Part shown: positions 1 to 13,395 of the stretch, in pieces
Layout of the letters: each line of letters starts with the position of its first letter
Position numbering within the stretch: position 1 is the stretch's first letter
Assembly: GCA_951406725.2 (NCBI GenBank)
Contig: OX597827.1
Coordinates: 50,716,001 to 50,780,000, forward strand
DNA from: Octopus vulgaris
Lineage: Eukaryota
Direction: 5' to 3'
DNA length: 64,000 nucleotides
The notes under the pieces: model-generated
The model's input: the letters and a program-made list of their open reading frames with translations, nothing else
Told to the model about the DNA's origin: nothing
Database searches by the model: none
Position numbers and translations under genes: made by a program

Positions 1-1157
1 ATCTCCGGATTTTTTCTTAATAGATCTAGTATCTTCATTTGAATATTTTAAAAGGTCATCAATTTGCTTAGAAGCTTCTAATCATATTTAACCTTTTCTT
101 ATTAACAAGGAGGGAATGGAAGAAATGTCACTGAAATTAAAGGAGTTTGATAAATGAAAACTTCCCAGTTAAGTTTACTCAACAAGATATTCCGCTATTG
201 AATTCCATAATATTAGCAACAATTCCGGTTTACAAAAGATGAAAACTATAAAGTTATGAAATTCATGCCTTTCTTAGCGTCATTACTGATAGAAAGGAAG
301 TCCATTTATTCCAAGAGAGAAATCATCAAACCACAGTCATTGTTTGTCAAGAATTTGCCACCAAATTCCGTTATTTGTTTCCTCTTACAAATAGAATCTT
401 TGCATAAGTCAATCAACCTGCTAGAAATAGCATACATATTTTCTATAATCATATCCCACCGACTTAGAAATGAAGGTGACATTGCATAATGTATTCCTAT
501 ATACACGATATACTGAAAACATTTGGTCGCGGTTTGAAGGTTTTTTTTATAAAAAATTTGTTTGATAAGAGCTGACCTAGGACTAAAGAGAAAACCAGCG
601 ATGTATATCTCTAAATCGGTTATTTTTCTTCTCCCAATTTCATTATTTATTGCATATTTTCCATCTAATTTCCTTCTTTATTGCACATTTTGATGAAGAC
701 ATTTCACAGATTCAACTACTCAAAAACTTCCTCTATCGCTTTCCATCTCTAATTTGCCTGCTCATTATTACCTCCACCAATCAAATACCTAATTCATTTC
801 TTGAAGCATTATTTTTTTGTTATTTTATTCATTCTTTTTATATCATTACATGATATAAAAATCGTGGATCTCTACAAAAAGAAATCTCTTAAATGAACGA
901 AATAAATTAAAGTTATCTTTAACTAAACGATGTTCTGCAGTTTAATTAAATAAACCACATGTGTTCAGCGCGCAGTTTGTGTAACATTGATATTAGGTTA
1001 TTAGATGAATCCGTATATATTTCTTCTTGATGTCCGTAAATTACTTTTTCTTCAAAACGTTTCCAGTATTCTAAAAGTATTCTTAAATCTTCTGAATTTT
1101 CTGCTGATTTGTACTGATTGAATTAGATTTGAAATTGAATAAATTAAACCTGTGAAG

Positions 1158-1660
1158 TCAATCTGTAAACATGAGTCGATCCGAATGAGAAAAAGCATAC
1201 AGCATCATGGAAACTATGACAATTCCTCCGTAAAAACAGCGAAGTTCGGTGAGCTGCAATGATACTCCAATATATTTGGATTCAATAATACAGAAAACAG
1301 TAGCTTTGTTCTGTTGTTCGATTGCGTGTTTTATGCTGTTCAGAATGATCTGGCAATACACTCTGCCTGGTTCGGATACATTTCTCCATCTGTAGCACTC
1401 AGTGAGTTTGTCTTTCTTGGGAATGCGTACAACTGCACCGTGTTCTCTAGTTCGCGGGTTCTTCCCTAGAGTTCCAGGCAAAGTTACGGAGCAGGCTTGT
1501 AAAACCAATACGCGCAACTGATTTCACTGATATGATTCTAGTCTTCAAGAGGTTGACTTCCTCAGAGACGATTTCACCAACGTCCTTCATACTGTCACCA
1601 ACAGGAGACGACTGTTGCCCCGACTGTTGCGATATTTTTGCACTTAGAACTGTTTTCAAA
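1158..1660 (-). mobile_element. Degraded RTE-clade LINE reverse transcriptase fragment (N-terminal RT region)
   Basis: Overlapping minus ORFs give ...GAVVRIPKKDKLTECYRWRNVSEPGRVYCQIILNSIKHAI, matching the RTE motif G.IV.IPKKGDL..C.NWRGI.LLS.PGKV...IIL.RI; frameshifted. Confidence 0.7.
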
Positions 1661-3741
1661 TCTTGAGGGGTTTTTTTCTGGGGACTAAGTACCTACATGA
1701 AGCTCAACCACATTTAGGAAAGAGACTGTACATGGAGTTGTCTCTGGTTACTCTCGTCTATCACTGGGGGTTAAACGACAACAATAATACCAACCATGGC
1801 AAATCGTTAAGATAGTCTCTACATTTCGGTGACCCTACTAGAAATTGCAACCAGATCTCGTTTATATGAAACTTCGCTGTTTTAAAGATTAATGAATTCG
1901 ATAATGGCCCCCTAGTTAATGAAAATGACGAAAGTGAAATAGGGTTTATGTAAAAGAAAAGGTGTTACAGTTTGATTGATTAGTTCTGTACAATAGTTTT
2001 ATATCCAACACCATATGCATATACTTTGAAGGGAGTTCTGTACCCGAACACGATTCAATGATTTTTGAAGTTGTTATTGAAACAAAAGATCCATTGTACA
2101 CGTTAGGCTTCACTCTGTTGTCGTAACAGTGCCAGAATAAGTCGAAATCGCAGTACTTTGATTCTCAGACTTGCATATTCTCTCTAGAATTCATAACCTT
2201 TTAATTATAGGTTATCTGTAATATAGAAAATATGTAATTTTCCTCCCGTAAATGTCGCCTAGCCAAAACAATAGACAATATACATTTGAAGCGAATTCAA
2301 GCTTACTTTGATTCAGTACTTCATTTGTTCTGCCTTTATAGATATTTAGCAGAAATTTTCATGAATGCATAATACACGTTCCTCTCTATTCTCTGGACTG
2401 CTCTCAGGGATATCGATTTATATAAGAATCATTAATACTCGGAAGAATTGGCAATCACGGTAGAGTAAGATATAAGCGCTCACTCATCGAGTTTCCATTT
2501 CTAGTTTAAGTAATTTTCACCTCTTTCAAACCACTAAGGCCCAACAAAAGTATTAATGCTACATAATTCCTTTTCCATTTTAAGAATATTGACCATTATT
2601 TCACAAGTTAATATTCATGGCTGTGAATTAAAGATATATCTTGGTTTTAATTTGTAATTTTAGCTACTTCATTTCAGGTATACCTGGCCTCCTCCAGGAG
2701 GATAGGTATACCGTGCATTCTCATATATCATCTCGTATCTACAAACGACACCAATCTAAAGGAAAGTGAAGCTGGTTAGCACAGAGATAAATTTCATGGC
2801 TTGCCTTGAACCCTTAGTTCCTAATGGAAGGGCCCAAGGCAAGACGTACGACTCTAACCAGAGTCAATTTCTTCACAGGACAGACAGACAGAAAGAACTG
2901 ATACTTTATCAACCTCGAAAGGATGGAACGTAAAGGAGATATTTGAACTCATAGTGCATAGAGCTACAACGAATACCGAATAAAAACTTTACTAATTCAT
3001 GGCCATATTAGACTTACTCATGGACCATCATTCTATTAAAGAATCCATTACATCTGAAACATTTCCCTTGTAATGGCTTTTCATTTCAAGTCTTTTATAG
3101 AAGCATCATGACTTATGGAACAAAGTTTATGAAACATAAAGTAGTCCACAATAGACAATTGAACACGTTAGTAGACCAACATATAAAGAAATACAGAAAC
3201 ACACAGCCTTTGTTGATGGTATTTAAACCCGATCAGTCTTGATCTATGGCAAAGTCTTCTAGCCTTGATCAACTCTTTTTCTTTTTTTCAAAGGTAAAAT
3301 GTATCCAGAGACATGTTATTCAATATGCCCTTCTTGTCTAAGATGGTGGGTGTGAATTAAGGTCCGGTTGTTATTACTAACCGGCCCATCGACTATATAA
3401 TGGATTCATGAAACACCTCGTATTAGAGCTTAGGACGAGTGTGATTTATTTTATTTTCAGTTTTTCATGCAACATTAAGAAACAATCTGAAATCCTCAAA
3501 ACCAACGGAGGCTCAGAGATATTTTAATGCACTGCCGATAGAATTGACTTTTCCACACCAAACGAAAAATTATTTTATCTGTGGCGGATTGTTGTCTGAT
3601 CTTCTGATACAAAATACAGAGAATACTTATGTTCTATTTTCATATGGAAAAGAGTAAAATGAGTAGTCTTTCAAAACACTCGACGTACATACCATTTTAG
3701 AATTTCAGTTTAGTTATTGGGGATGGAAAATTTTATGAGTA

Positions 3742-5015
3742 CAGGTATCCTCGCGTTACAGCTACCTTAGATTAGATGGTTTTGTGCTTTCAGAAATGTT
3801 AATGAATGACCACTAATTTAGAGATACGATCTGCAGTTCCGCGCTTACGGAAACTTCGATAAATTTTGGACGGTTAAAAAACAAAACTTTCTTCTTAGCC
3901 AAAGACCGTTTCTCAGCGTCTTAGCTAAGGTCAAAGTATTTTCAACAATTTGTAAATCACTTGTGTGTGCTTGTGTGTGGGGGAGGATCGAGGTACTATA
4001 TTTCTTCTACATATTTATTGTGGATAACTGCTGATCACGGCTACTGTCTGATTTACCTACAATTCAAAATGTCTGGGAAGAAGCCATCAAGTGGAAGTAA
4101 ACACAGTAGAACGAAATGGAACCTTAAAGGACTACGCTGGATATTAAATTTTGTTTTAAAAAGGCTTCAAACGGGAAAAAAATAAGTAATATTGATAAAA
4201 CATTAAAGCTTTCTATATCGACATTGAGGGACAACTGAGTGAAATGCTCAAGAATCTACCCCGTTAACTGCTCAGTATTTTTCTTTTCATAGGTCTAATA
4301 AGATGCTTAAAATGGAAATCCACTTGGGAGAATGGATCGAAGTTCAGGCTCTGCGTAATGTGCCAATAAGCATGATCGTAAATAAAGAAAAAAGCCAAAA
4401 GTATGTATGACCATTTACAGAAACAGGAAAAATTTCTAATGAATAAAACGTTTTCTAACTCGTAACGGCTAGTCGGAAAAGTTCAAGAAGCGCTTATATC
4501 TGTACAACATAAAATGACTGGAAAAGCTGCCAGTATTGATACAGAAGTTGCCACTAATTATCCTATCTAACTGAAAAAAAATTATTGCTGAAGTGGGCTA
4601 CACACCACAGCAAGAGTACAACGTTGATAAAATTGTACATTCCTGCAAGAACTTTGTTTCTCAAGTAGGATTCAAAACTTTCGAACATCATCTGACGCTT
4701 TCTCTGAGTGGAAATTATATAAAATCAAAACCCTTGCACGTGCATCTCTCCTAAAACCCATGGGCATTCAAGGGTTACGAAAAGTTTAATTTACCTCTGA
4801 TGTGGCGTTCAATAAGAAGGCATGGTGATAAAGAGGTTTTTCAAAGTGTAGTTTACAAACATTTAATTTCTTTTATTCTGCAGCATAAAGGTACAGTGTC
4901 AGACATAATATTTCCAACAAAGTATTGCACCTTTTAGATAGAGTACCAAGCCACCCATTGAGCTTTCTGATAATATGAGAGTAAAATGCATCCCCAAGAA
5001 AACAATTTCTTTGCA
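3742..5015 (+). mobile_element. Tigger/pogo DNA transposon remnant (left TIR plus decayed transposase)
   Basis: TA followed by CAGGTATCCTCGCGTTAC (Tigger-like TIR) and ATG at 4069 (MSGKKPSS). Broken frames give the CENP-B HTH MLKMEIHLGEWIEVQALRNVPIS, then IIAEVGYTPQQEYNVDK, NLPLMWRS and KVLHLLDRVPSHP (DDE_1). Many stops and frameshifts; no right TIR found. Confidence 0.8.
3886..3937. pseudogene. Two degenerate U2 snRNA 5' fragments, head-to-head
   Basis: 3905-3937 ACCGTTTCTCAGCGTCTTAGCTAAGGTCAAAGT matches U2 nt 1-33 ATCGCTTCTCGGCCTTTTGGCTAAGATCAAAGT at 26/33 by eye. The reverse complement of 3886-3908, CGGTCTTTGGCTAAGAAGAAAGT, resembles U2 nt 10-33. Confidence 0.55.
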
Positions 5016-5797
5016 CCATCTTCAAGAAGAAGCGTCAGATGATTTTTGAAAGTTTTCGATCCTACTCGAGATACAACATTCTAGCAGCTAGAATCTAGCT
5101 TATCAGTATAATCTATATACTTATTCTAGCGTCAATTAATTTGGGAACACGGTGTAGTGTAATTTTATATTATTTTTATTCCTTAGACTATCCACACAAG
5201 CATGTAATTGAATTTTGCTTTTTCTTTCGATATGTTGGATGTGTGAGAGTATGCGCACGTGGTGGTATCTACATTTTTATACAAAGGAAGTAGTTAAGTA
5301 CATCAATCATCAGTGACCAATGGTGTAGAAAAAGAAACGAAAACAAACGTGTGTAAATCCACCAATATTTCCCCGGAATGTTTCCAAACAGTTTTATAAT
5401 TGACAGATTTAATTGTTTGTTGATATTGTCGTCGTTTTGGGTTTTTTTTTTCTTTCCTTTGTAAATTTTTTGATACTTTGATGGTTATTTTTCTCCTATT
5501 CTGCTGTTATAGTTAGTTATTTTCACCATTAATCATCACAATAATAAGCTACACTCATGCTCCTATTTTCTTTCGTTGGACGTCTTAGACAAATGGTTCT
5601 GAACGTTAATTAAAATGCTTCACATGTGTTATCACTTTATTAAACTGATAAATCTTATCTTGCCATGTTGACAAATAAGCTGTAGCTTGTGTATGATGTA
5701 GAGAAGTGATTTATTATATGCCTAATTTCTTTCCCCTTTTCATTCTTGGTCTCTCTGTATCACTTCATATATATCATTATCCATATCTGTCTATCCA

Positions 5798-5802
<5 letters not shown>

Positions 5803-5851
<49 letters not shown>

Positions 5852-5866
5852 TGTGTGTGTGTGTGT
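5803..5866. repeat. (GT)n microsatellite
   Basis: Direct reading. Confidence 0.95.
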
Positions 5867-6497
5867 CGATAGCTCTCTCTCTGTCATTAATCTCCTCTAT
5901 CATTAATCCTCTCTCTTTTTCTGTTGCGCTATATTTTTTTTTAATATGCATTTATATTTCAATATGACAATTTTGTAAACAACATATTAAGATCAAGTTG
6001 CAGATATTTTTATACAGTTCTCAAATGTGGTAATCATTTGCGAGACAGGCTTTACCATTGAACATTTTTAGAGTAATGAGAAGTTCTGAGTCAAGTATAC
6101 ACGTTGCCTCGCTTCGCCTCCCTCGTAAGTCTGCTCGTATCACGTTTGCAGTAAGTTTGTTAATTGTATAAACTCTGTGGTATAACATTTGTTTAAATCA
6201 ACCAGAACATGTAGAGTTGGCTGGCTTATTTGTTTCATCCTCTTTGAGGTTCAAATTTGTCAAAAACAATTTTCAAATTTTCCTTTCCAAAACACATTCT
6301 TTTTACAAACATTGTGTTGGATTCCAAAGACAGCAAAATATGGGATGAGGTTGAGAACGAGTCAGAAAGGCAGGTGCAAAACGAGTCAAGATCATTCCTT
6401 TTCACCTTTCTCATGGAAAAGGAAGATGAAGAACGTTTTCAAACCATGAAGGTTCAAAATCCAAATAGTTGCACCACTGCTGTTGTTGCAACGAATT

Positions 6498-6548
<51 letters not shown>

Positions 6549-6860
6549 ATAACAACAGCAACAACAGCAATTGTAGCGAAGATGATATTCTGCTCATGCA
6601 AAAAAAGAAAGGGGCTTCATGATAGCTGAATTTCAAAGTTTAAAAACATTGCGGCAAACGAGAATAGTAATAAAAACAACAGCTGCAGCAGGGGTAGTAA
6701 TGATAGCAAAGGCAATAGCATGGCAAAGCCACAAAAAGGAAACATCGGTAACAACAGCGACAGCAATAATACCAGCAGAGAAGGCAATAACATTGGCAGC
6801 AGGGACAGCAGCAGTAGCATCATCACCAACAACATAAGCAATAACAATAGCAAGGATTCA
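6498..6860. repeat. (AGT)n plus degenerate AAC/AGC low-complexity tract
   Basis: Pure AGT run at 6498-6548 followed by scrambled AAC/AGC/AAT triplets. Confidence 0.85.
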
Positions 6861-6989
6861 TTCGCCGGTGACATCAACAAATTTGAGGAAATATCTGAAA
6901 GAGTTTCAAGTACGAAACTTTATAAGCATATAAAAAGATTTCTGGTGTGTAAACTTCTGTCGGTAAAACATGGTTATACACATACACAC

Positions 6990-7040
<51 letters not shown>

Positions 7041-8068
7041 TGTATCTGTGTGTAAATAGATAGGTACATAGAGATAGAATAGTAATTACGAAATGCATAA
7101 ACATTTTTATGCTATATAAGGAGAAACACAATTACATCGTTAAAATTAGCATGAAGAGAGGAGAGCTTGTTGGGGGTAAGAAGGAAATAGCAGAAGAAAA
7201 TCAGTAGAAAAACTTCAAAAACAGAGAAAATGAGGGGAAAATAGAGAGAGGGTGAAGAGGGGAGTGGTTGATGAAATTAACGAAGATGAAAAGAAACAGA
7301 AATGAGAAACTTGAAAAAAATATTTTTTCAAAGTTCATCGAAAGATTAGCGATAACAAGTGAAGAAAATATGGAGATATGCGAAAGGGAGTAAAATATTT
7401 TCAATGAAAGATATTAGTTAAATGAGAAGGGAATGAGAGATGGTGAGATTTTCACAAAAATAGGAATTTTCATCAAGTAAAATATGAAAAAAATTTGAAA
7501 GAAAAATAAATAATTCAATGATAATGAAGACATTTAAGTTGAGGTGTCAAGAGAGGAGGCATACCCTGAAGATAGCTCTTAAGTGAAAGAGCAAGGTAAG
7601 TTAATTAGGTAGTTAATTCTAATAATTCACCGGTGCCAATAACTTCTCAACAGCTGCATAGTGGATGTCATTCATGGCCGACATATTTCTAATGAAAATC
7701 TGTATTCGCACATTTTCTACCTTGCTTTAAATGTTGCTACTAAGAATAGGTTTGACTTTGTTTCGTTACAAATTGATCCACTTCCAATCAGAATTTGTTT
7801 GATTGCCCTTTCACTTTCAATAGTCACTCATTAAGCTAAAATTGTGAGAAAATCGATTAGTAAACGTATGTGTGTGTGTTTATACACGCTTACGCGTAGA
7901 AAGGGAGTTCGTCTAATCTCTCTGTCTCCTTCTCCCCACTATCACCTTCTGTAGATATGTGTGTGTTTATATGAGTACGTGTATATGCATATACGTAGAT
8001 ATACACACATATACATACATATATACATACATATACACACCTATACACACACACACATATATATATAT

Positions 8069-8119
<51 letters not shown>

Positions 8120-8568
8120 CAGACACATACATACATATATATATACATACATACACACATACATCCATATGGTACCGTTAACATCGGATGGGCAGGTGTA
8201 GGGGACCGTTTAAAAAGTCCGTTTTGAACGCCTTCCTCTAAAAATATGCCGAATTCACCAGCCTAAATAGGCAACTGGTTTATTTCACCCACTAATTAAT
8301 AAGAGAAACACCTTTTGCTCGCCATCGTAGCACTATCCTGAACAGATTTTATAATATACATCTACACCACGTGGAATCTCGCTAACGCGATTATGGCTGA
8401 AACTAACACCACCACAGATGAAACTAACAACGCCCCCACCGATGGAAACAGAACTACTTCACCAGTAAGGTATTTAAGAAGACATACAAATATACATATA
8501 TGTATGCCTACATATATACATACATACGTACACACACATACATACACACATATATATACACACATATA

Positions 8569-8733
8569 GGCGCAAGAGTGTCTGTGTGGTAACAAGTTTG
8601 CTTCCTAGCCACACGGTTCAGGGTTCAATCCTACTGCATGTCACCTTGGGCAAGTGTCTTCTATAGCCTGGAGCCGAACACAACTTTGTGAGTGGATTTG
8701 GTAGCCGGAAACTGAAAGAAGCCTGTCGCATAC

Positions 8734-8821
<88 letters not shown>

Positions 8822-9033
8822 CTTTGTGCCTGTGTTCATCCCCAACCACCGCTTGAGCTTGATAACTGGTGTTGTTTTTGCGGCCCCTTAACCTAGCGGG
8901 TCGACAAAAGAGGCCGATAGAACAAGTAGCAGGCTTACAAAATAAATATTGGGGTTGATTCATTCGACTAAAATTTCTAGATGGCGCCCCAGCATGGCTA
9001 CAGTCTAATGACTGAAACAAGTAAAAGATGAAA

Positions 9034-9037
<4 letters not shown>
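8569..9037 (+). mobile_element. tRNA-derived SINE family A (internal TA/GT microsatellite)
   Basis: Head GGCGCAAGAGTGTCTGTGTGGTAA with B-box-like GGTTCAATCC, then CCTTGGGCAAGTGTCTTCT and tail ATGACTGAAACAAGTAAAAGA; several homologous copies in the window. Confidence 0.85.
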
Positions 9038-9079
<42 letters not shown>

Positions 9080-9109
9080 TTTATTTTAAGCAGCAGAAAA
9101 TTCAACAAA

Positions 9110-9588
9110 ATAGGTTCGATTCTTATTCACCTACTCGATTCTTGTACCCCTACTCAAAGTTTTTAAACGGAAATACATATTTACTGTTAAAAAGGAAAAG
9201 AAATACAATAAAATTGATGTATATATATATATAATTAAAAATGAGGGTGTCTAAGAGACACCAACATGCCGAAATAGCAGTCGAAATTCTGACTATAAAA
9301 ACCACGTTAAGTGTTCATATCGTACCATGAGATAAGACAGAGGGACAAAATATACGATATGAACACTTAACGTGGTTTTTATAGTCAGAATTTCGACTGC
9401 TATTTCGGCATGTTGGTGTCTCTTAGACACCCTCATTTTTAATTATATATATATAAATAAATATATATATATATATACATCAATTTTATTGTATTTCTTT
9501 TCCTTTTTAACAGTAAATATGTATTTCCGTTTAAAAACTTTGAGTAGGGGTACAAGAATCGAGTAGGTGAATTAAGAATCGAACCTAT
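9110..9588. repeat. Near-perfect long inverted repeat (arms 9110-9324 and 9353-9588, 28-bp spacer)
   Basis: The arms are reverse complements apart from one 1-bp indel and a different (TA)n tract length. Confidence 0.95.
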
Positions 9589-10423
9589 ATTCGCCTGATA
9601 TAGTTATTCGTTTCCTTATTATTCTGAGGCAATTCATTTTTGTAATGACTTTAATTCCTTCACGATGCGACAAAAAAAACAAAGAATGAAAACACTCTTA
9701 CGATTTATGGCTTTTCGCATCTCACTTGTATTCACTCTTACCCTTTATGCCTACACAAGCAAGGTTTAGAAAATGGGAATCCAAATCTACAGTTCCATTT
9801 AGTTTACTTATGACTAAACAGAAATAAAACCTGAATATATTTCTTGTGTCTAGACACGCGTGCGCACAAATATTCACAATCAAGCACTCACGGCGGTACA
9901 CATACACACACACAATATATCATATTTTATTATATTATATTATATATCATATTGTATAATACAATACATTTTATTATATATTGTATTATGTATTGTATAA
10001 TATTATTATATTCTATTATATTATATTGTATATATTGTATAATATTATCAGCATAGAAATATTACCAAAATACACTTTTTTATGTTTATATTCGTTGATG
10101 ACATTCATATCTTGCAACTCTCTAATCGTTAGATTTCTATGATGTTATATTGGTAATATATCCTTTTCTGAAGCCAAACACTGTATATCAAGTATATTTT
10201 TATATACTTCATGCACCGAAATGTAGTTTGATCAATTTCACGTACAAAAAATAAGCGCATGGTTATATGAAGTTTGTATTAGTCGTCGTCGGTTTTATCT
10301 CGTATCCGAAAATTTAGTTTCTTCTTTGCTGAACCTTGCCTTTATGGTGAAGGCGTTGATTACTAACTACACATATAGAAAATAAGAACATGGTTAAATG
10401 AAGTTTGTATTAGTAACGAAATA

Positions 10424-10654
10424 TATTTCTTTATTACCCACAAGGGGCTAAACATAGAGGGGACAAACAAGGACAGACGAACGGATTAAGTCGATTACAT
10501 CGACTCCAGTGCGTAACTGGTACTTAATTTATCAACCCCGTAAGGATGAAAGGCAAAGTCGACCTCGGCGGAATTTGAACTCACAACGTAACAGCAGACG
10601 AAATACGTCTACGCATTTCGCCCGGCGTGCTAACGTTTCTGCCAGCTCGCCGCC
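10424..10654 (-). mobile_element. SINE family B, full length, 18-bp TSD
   Basis: Minus strand reads GGCGGCGAGCTGGCAGAAACGTTAG...GAGTTCAAATTCCGCCGAGGTCGAC...AAAGAAATA. TSD TGTATTAGTAACGAAATA at 10406-10423 and 10655-10672. Confidence 0.92.
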
Positions 10655-10744
10655 TGTATTAGTAACGAAATAGAAACTGAATACAGATTGTTGGATGTAA
10701 CCTCCCACCTCATCTTCTTACCTGTCCATTACTTGATGACGGTT

Positions 10745-10905
10745 AAACATCACCTTGGTCACTCTTTTCTTGGAGATTTGTCCATGCAAAACCAGATTCG
10801 CAATAGGTGGGATATCAACGTGTCTGTCGTCTTGCATGAGCAAACCGTTTCACTTTCCGCCTTTTAGCGGTTGATGGAAGAGTTCCGTTATTTGCGTACT
10901 TCTCA
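10745..10905 (-). mobile_element. Short degraded RTE-like LINE C-terminal fragment
   Basis: Minus translation KRRKVKRFAHARR...VLHGQISKKR resembles RRL.WFGHV.R...L.G...GKR. Confidence 0.4.
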
Positions 10906-10933
10906 ACACTTTCATTTTTAGCTCTTTCTCTCA

Positions 10934-10964
<31 letters not shown>

Positions 10965-11264
10965 CCTCTCTCTCTCTCTCTCTTTAGTTCCAGTTTCTCT
11001 ATGTGAAATATAAGGCGTATTGCTATAACATTACATATTAAAAGCCATGGAATTTTCCAACTTTCAGCAGCCAACGACCACAGTTCGTACCCATTGAATG
11101 CAACTGATACTACATTATTACATGCAAATAACTAAACTCCGCTTCAAGATACGTACAGAGTTTCAGCCTGTACTTAAACCGCTTTATACATGCATGCATG
11201 CATCCATCCAGCCATCCTTCCATCCATCCATCCATCCACCTACCCACATATACGCACACGCATA

Positions 11265-11548
11265 GTTTGTTCCTTCTCGAGCCATTCCTGGCTCATAAGG
11301 GCCGGTTTCCCGGTTTCCGTGGCGTATAGGTTCCCCACCTGGACGGGACACCGGTCCGTCGCAGGTGAGCTGCAAGATGCAGGAGGAAAGAGTGAGAGAA
11401 AGTTGTGGCGAAGGAGTTACCTTCTGCCGGAGCCGCGTGGAGCTTAGGTGTTTCGCTCATAAACACACACATCGCCCGGTCTGAGATTCGAACCCGCGAT
11501 CCCTCGACCGCGAATCCGCTGCTCTAACCATTAGGCCATGTGCCTCCA
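11265..11548 (-). mobile_element. tRNA(Arg-like)-derived SINE family C
   Basis: Minus head TGGAGGCACATGGCCTAATGGTTAGAGCAGCGGATTCGCGG...GGGTTCGAATCTC has A and B boxes. GC-rich body; imperfect CATA.ACGCACA flanking repeat. Confidence 0.85.
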
Positions 11549-11580
11549 CATAACGCACATACATACATACATACATACAT

Positions 11581-11996
11581 ATTTATGCTAAAAGTGTTAT
11601 CAATGCCAATAAACAACTGGAATTAATAACATTTTTCAGCTGGTATAAGCATGGAATTTGGTCAAAAGAAATTTTCAGTTTTGGTTATAGAACGAGGAAA
11701 GTCAGTCCCCCAAACCTATCTCTCTATCCGCCCCCCTTCCATACAAAGAATGTTACAAGTACCTAGGCATAGACGAAAAGTATCATATGAAGGCACTGTG
11801 AATAAAGATAGAGTGACCCGAGAATATTACACCAGACTTAGGAAAATATGGCACTCGGAACTCTCTCCTTACAACAAAACAATATCCCACAATGCATTTG
11901 CAGTACCAGTGCTGATTCCAACATTTGAGACACTTGGTTATTCTGTAGAGGAAATCTACTCCATTGATATCAAAACCCACAAAATCCTGACAACTG
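11581..11996 (+). mobile_element. R4/Dong-clade non-LTR RT fragment (domains 6-7 and thumb)
   Basis: MEFGQKKFSVLVIERGK, YKYLGID and REYYTRLRKIWHSELSPYNKTISHNAFAVPVLIPTF...IDIKTHKILT are typical of R4/Dong ORFs. Confidence 0.8.
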
Positions 11997-12010
11997 AGAG
12001 CTTGAGATTT

Positions 12011-12042
<32 letters not shown>

Positions 12043-13395
12043 TGTATGTATGTATGTATGTATGTGAGTGTGTGTGTATGTATGTATGTATGTATGTGTG
12101 TGTGTGTCTGTGTGTGTCTGTCTGTATGTATGTATGTGTGTGTGTGTGTGTCTGTGTGTGTCTGTGTGTGTCTGTGTGTACGCACATATAAAACATAAGG
12201 TAAAGAAAGAAAACTGGTTATTCCTAAAGTAAGATAAGGCAAAATTTTATTAGTCACGTATTAAATAAATCTCTCGACGTTAACTTAATGAACCAAAGAG
12301 AGAGCTTCCATATTGTCGTTTGGCCTGTAAGAAATAATAGCTAAATCTACTTCAAATCATAATCTATTGTTTTAAAAAAAGAATAGACATGCAGAATACG
12401 TAGTCCTTCAGATGGTCATGGATGGAATATATTTATCACAGATTTGTTAAAGCTTTGGTGATATAGAACAAAACAACGATTTCATTGACAAATGATGCAC
12501 AAACAGACCTAAAATTAAATGGTAAATCTAATATTTTAATGTCTACACTATGCGCTTGTCAAATTGCTGAATTTGTAAGAAATTCAACGTTAGTTTTGTA
12601 AGAGATGTGCAGCGGACAAAATATTTCAAATGCTCTCATCTTCTTAATTAAAAACAACATATGCAAGTTATTCCAGATGAGGAAACCCCTCGTAAAAACT
12701 TAACATGTTTTCATAAAGATATACTTCACAAGAACTTCTGCATTATATTCACTTGAAATAAGATAAGTGAAGTAAAATAGAATACTTTGATTGGTTTTTT
12801 GATGCAGATCATTTTATGTATACCAATATGAATCCCAGCGGGTTTTCAGAATATAACAAGGTTTTTCATTCGATTGTAAATTGAAAGAAAATCTTCAATT
12901 CTAATAACTCTAATAATTTATATATTTCAGAAAGAATTATAGTGTTAGATATGGTGTCAGTTCTTACAGTTTATTTTTGTTGTTTTTTCTTACAATAGTG
13001 TTTAAAGTCGATTAATTCTATCTTGAGACATTACAGGTAACTTTTCACACCAATAAAGGATTTTCTGTACAGCGATAGGCTCTGCCAGAAATCGTGATAA
13101 AATTTTGCCCAAATAACACCAAATCGTCTTTATGGAAAGGAAGAACATATTAGATAAAGTAGTTTGAGAAAAGTTACAGTATATGACGGTGCATCAGGTA
13201 ATAGGGTGTATAAGGCGGAACGATTTCTATTTGGAATATTAAGCCAGCAAGTTCGGGAGAGAGGGTAGGTCGATAAGAAGTACTTATTTAATCGACCCTG
13301 AAATGATGAGAGGCAAAATCGACCTCAACGGAATTTTAACTCAGAACATAAAGACGGATGAAATGCCGCAAAATAATATACCAGAAATGTTGATG

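Noticed and set aside
1-506. Possible hAT transposase remnant (SRWD motif) on the minus strand
   Set aside because: A single short motif amid stops is too little to call.
6257-7055. Ser/Asn-rich ORFs suggesting a low-complexity protein
   Set aside because: The frames stay open because of AGT/AAC/AGC repeats, switch frame, end in (TA)n and show no domain or splice support.
7590-7601. Isolated strong donor AAG|GTAAGT (similar ones near 41180 and 42407)
   Set aside because: No convincing matching acceptor or reading frame; lone donors are expected by chance in 64 kb.
9241-9290. ATGAG-hairpin-CGAAA inside the long palindrome as a possible hammerhead
   Set aside because: Lacks the CTGA box, and GAAA does not follow the stem directly.
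10247-10414. 37-bp direct repeat 131 bp apart
   Set aside because: Real, but most simply a small local duplication with no further structure.
11478-11548. tRNA-like sequence
   Set aside because: It is the head of a SINE and continues into the SINE body; no proper acceptor stem or terminator.
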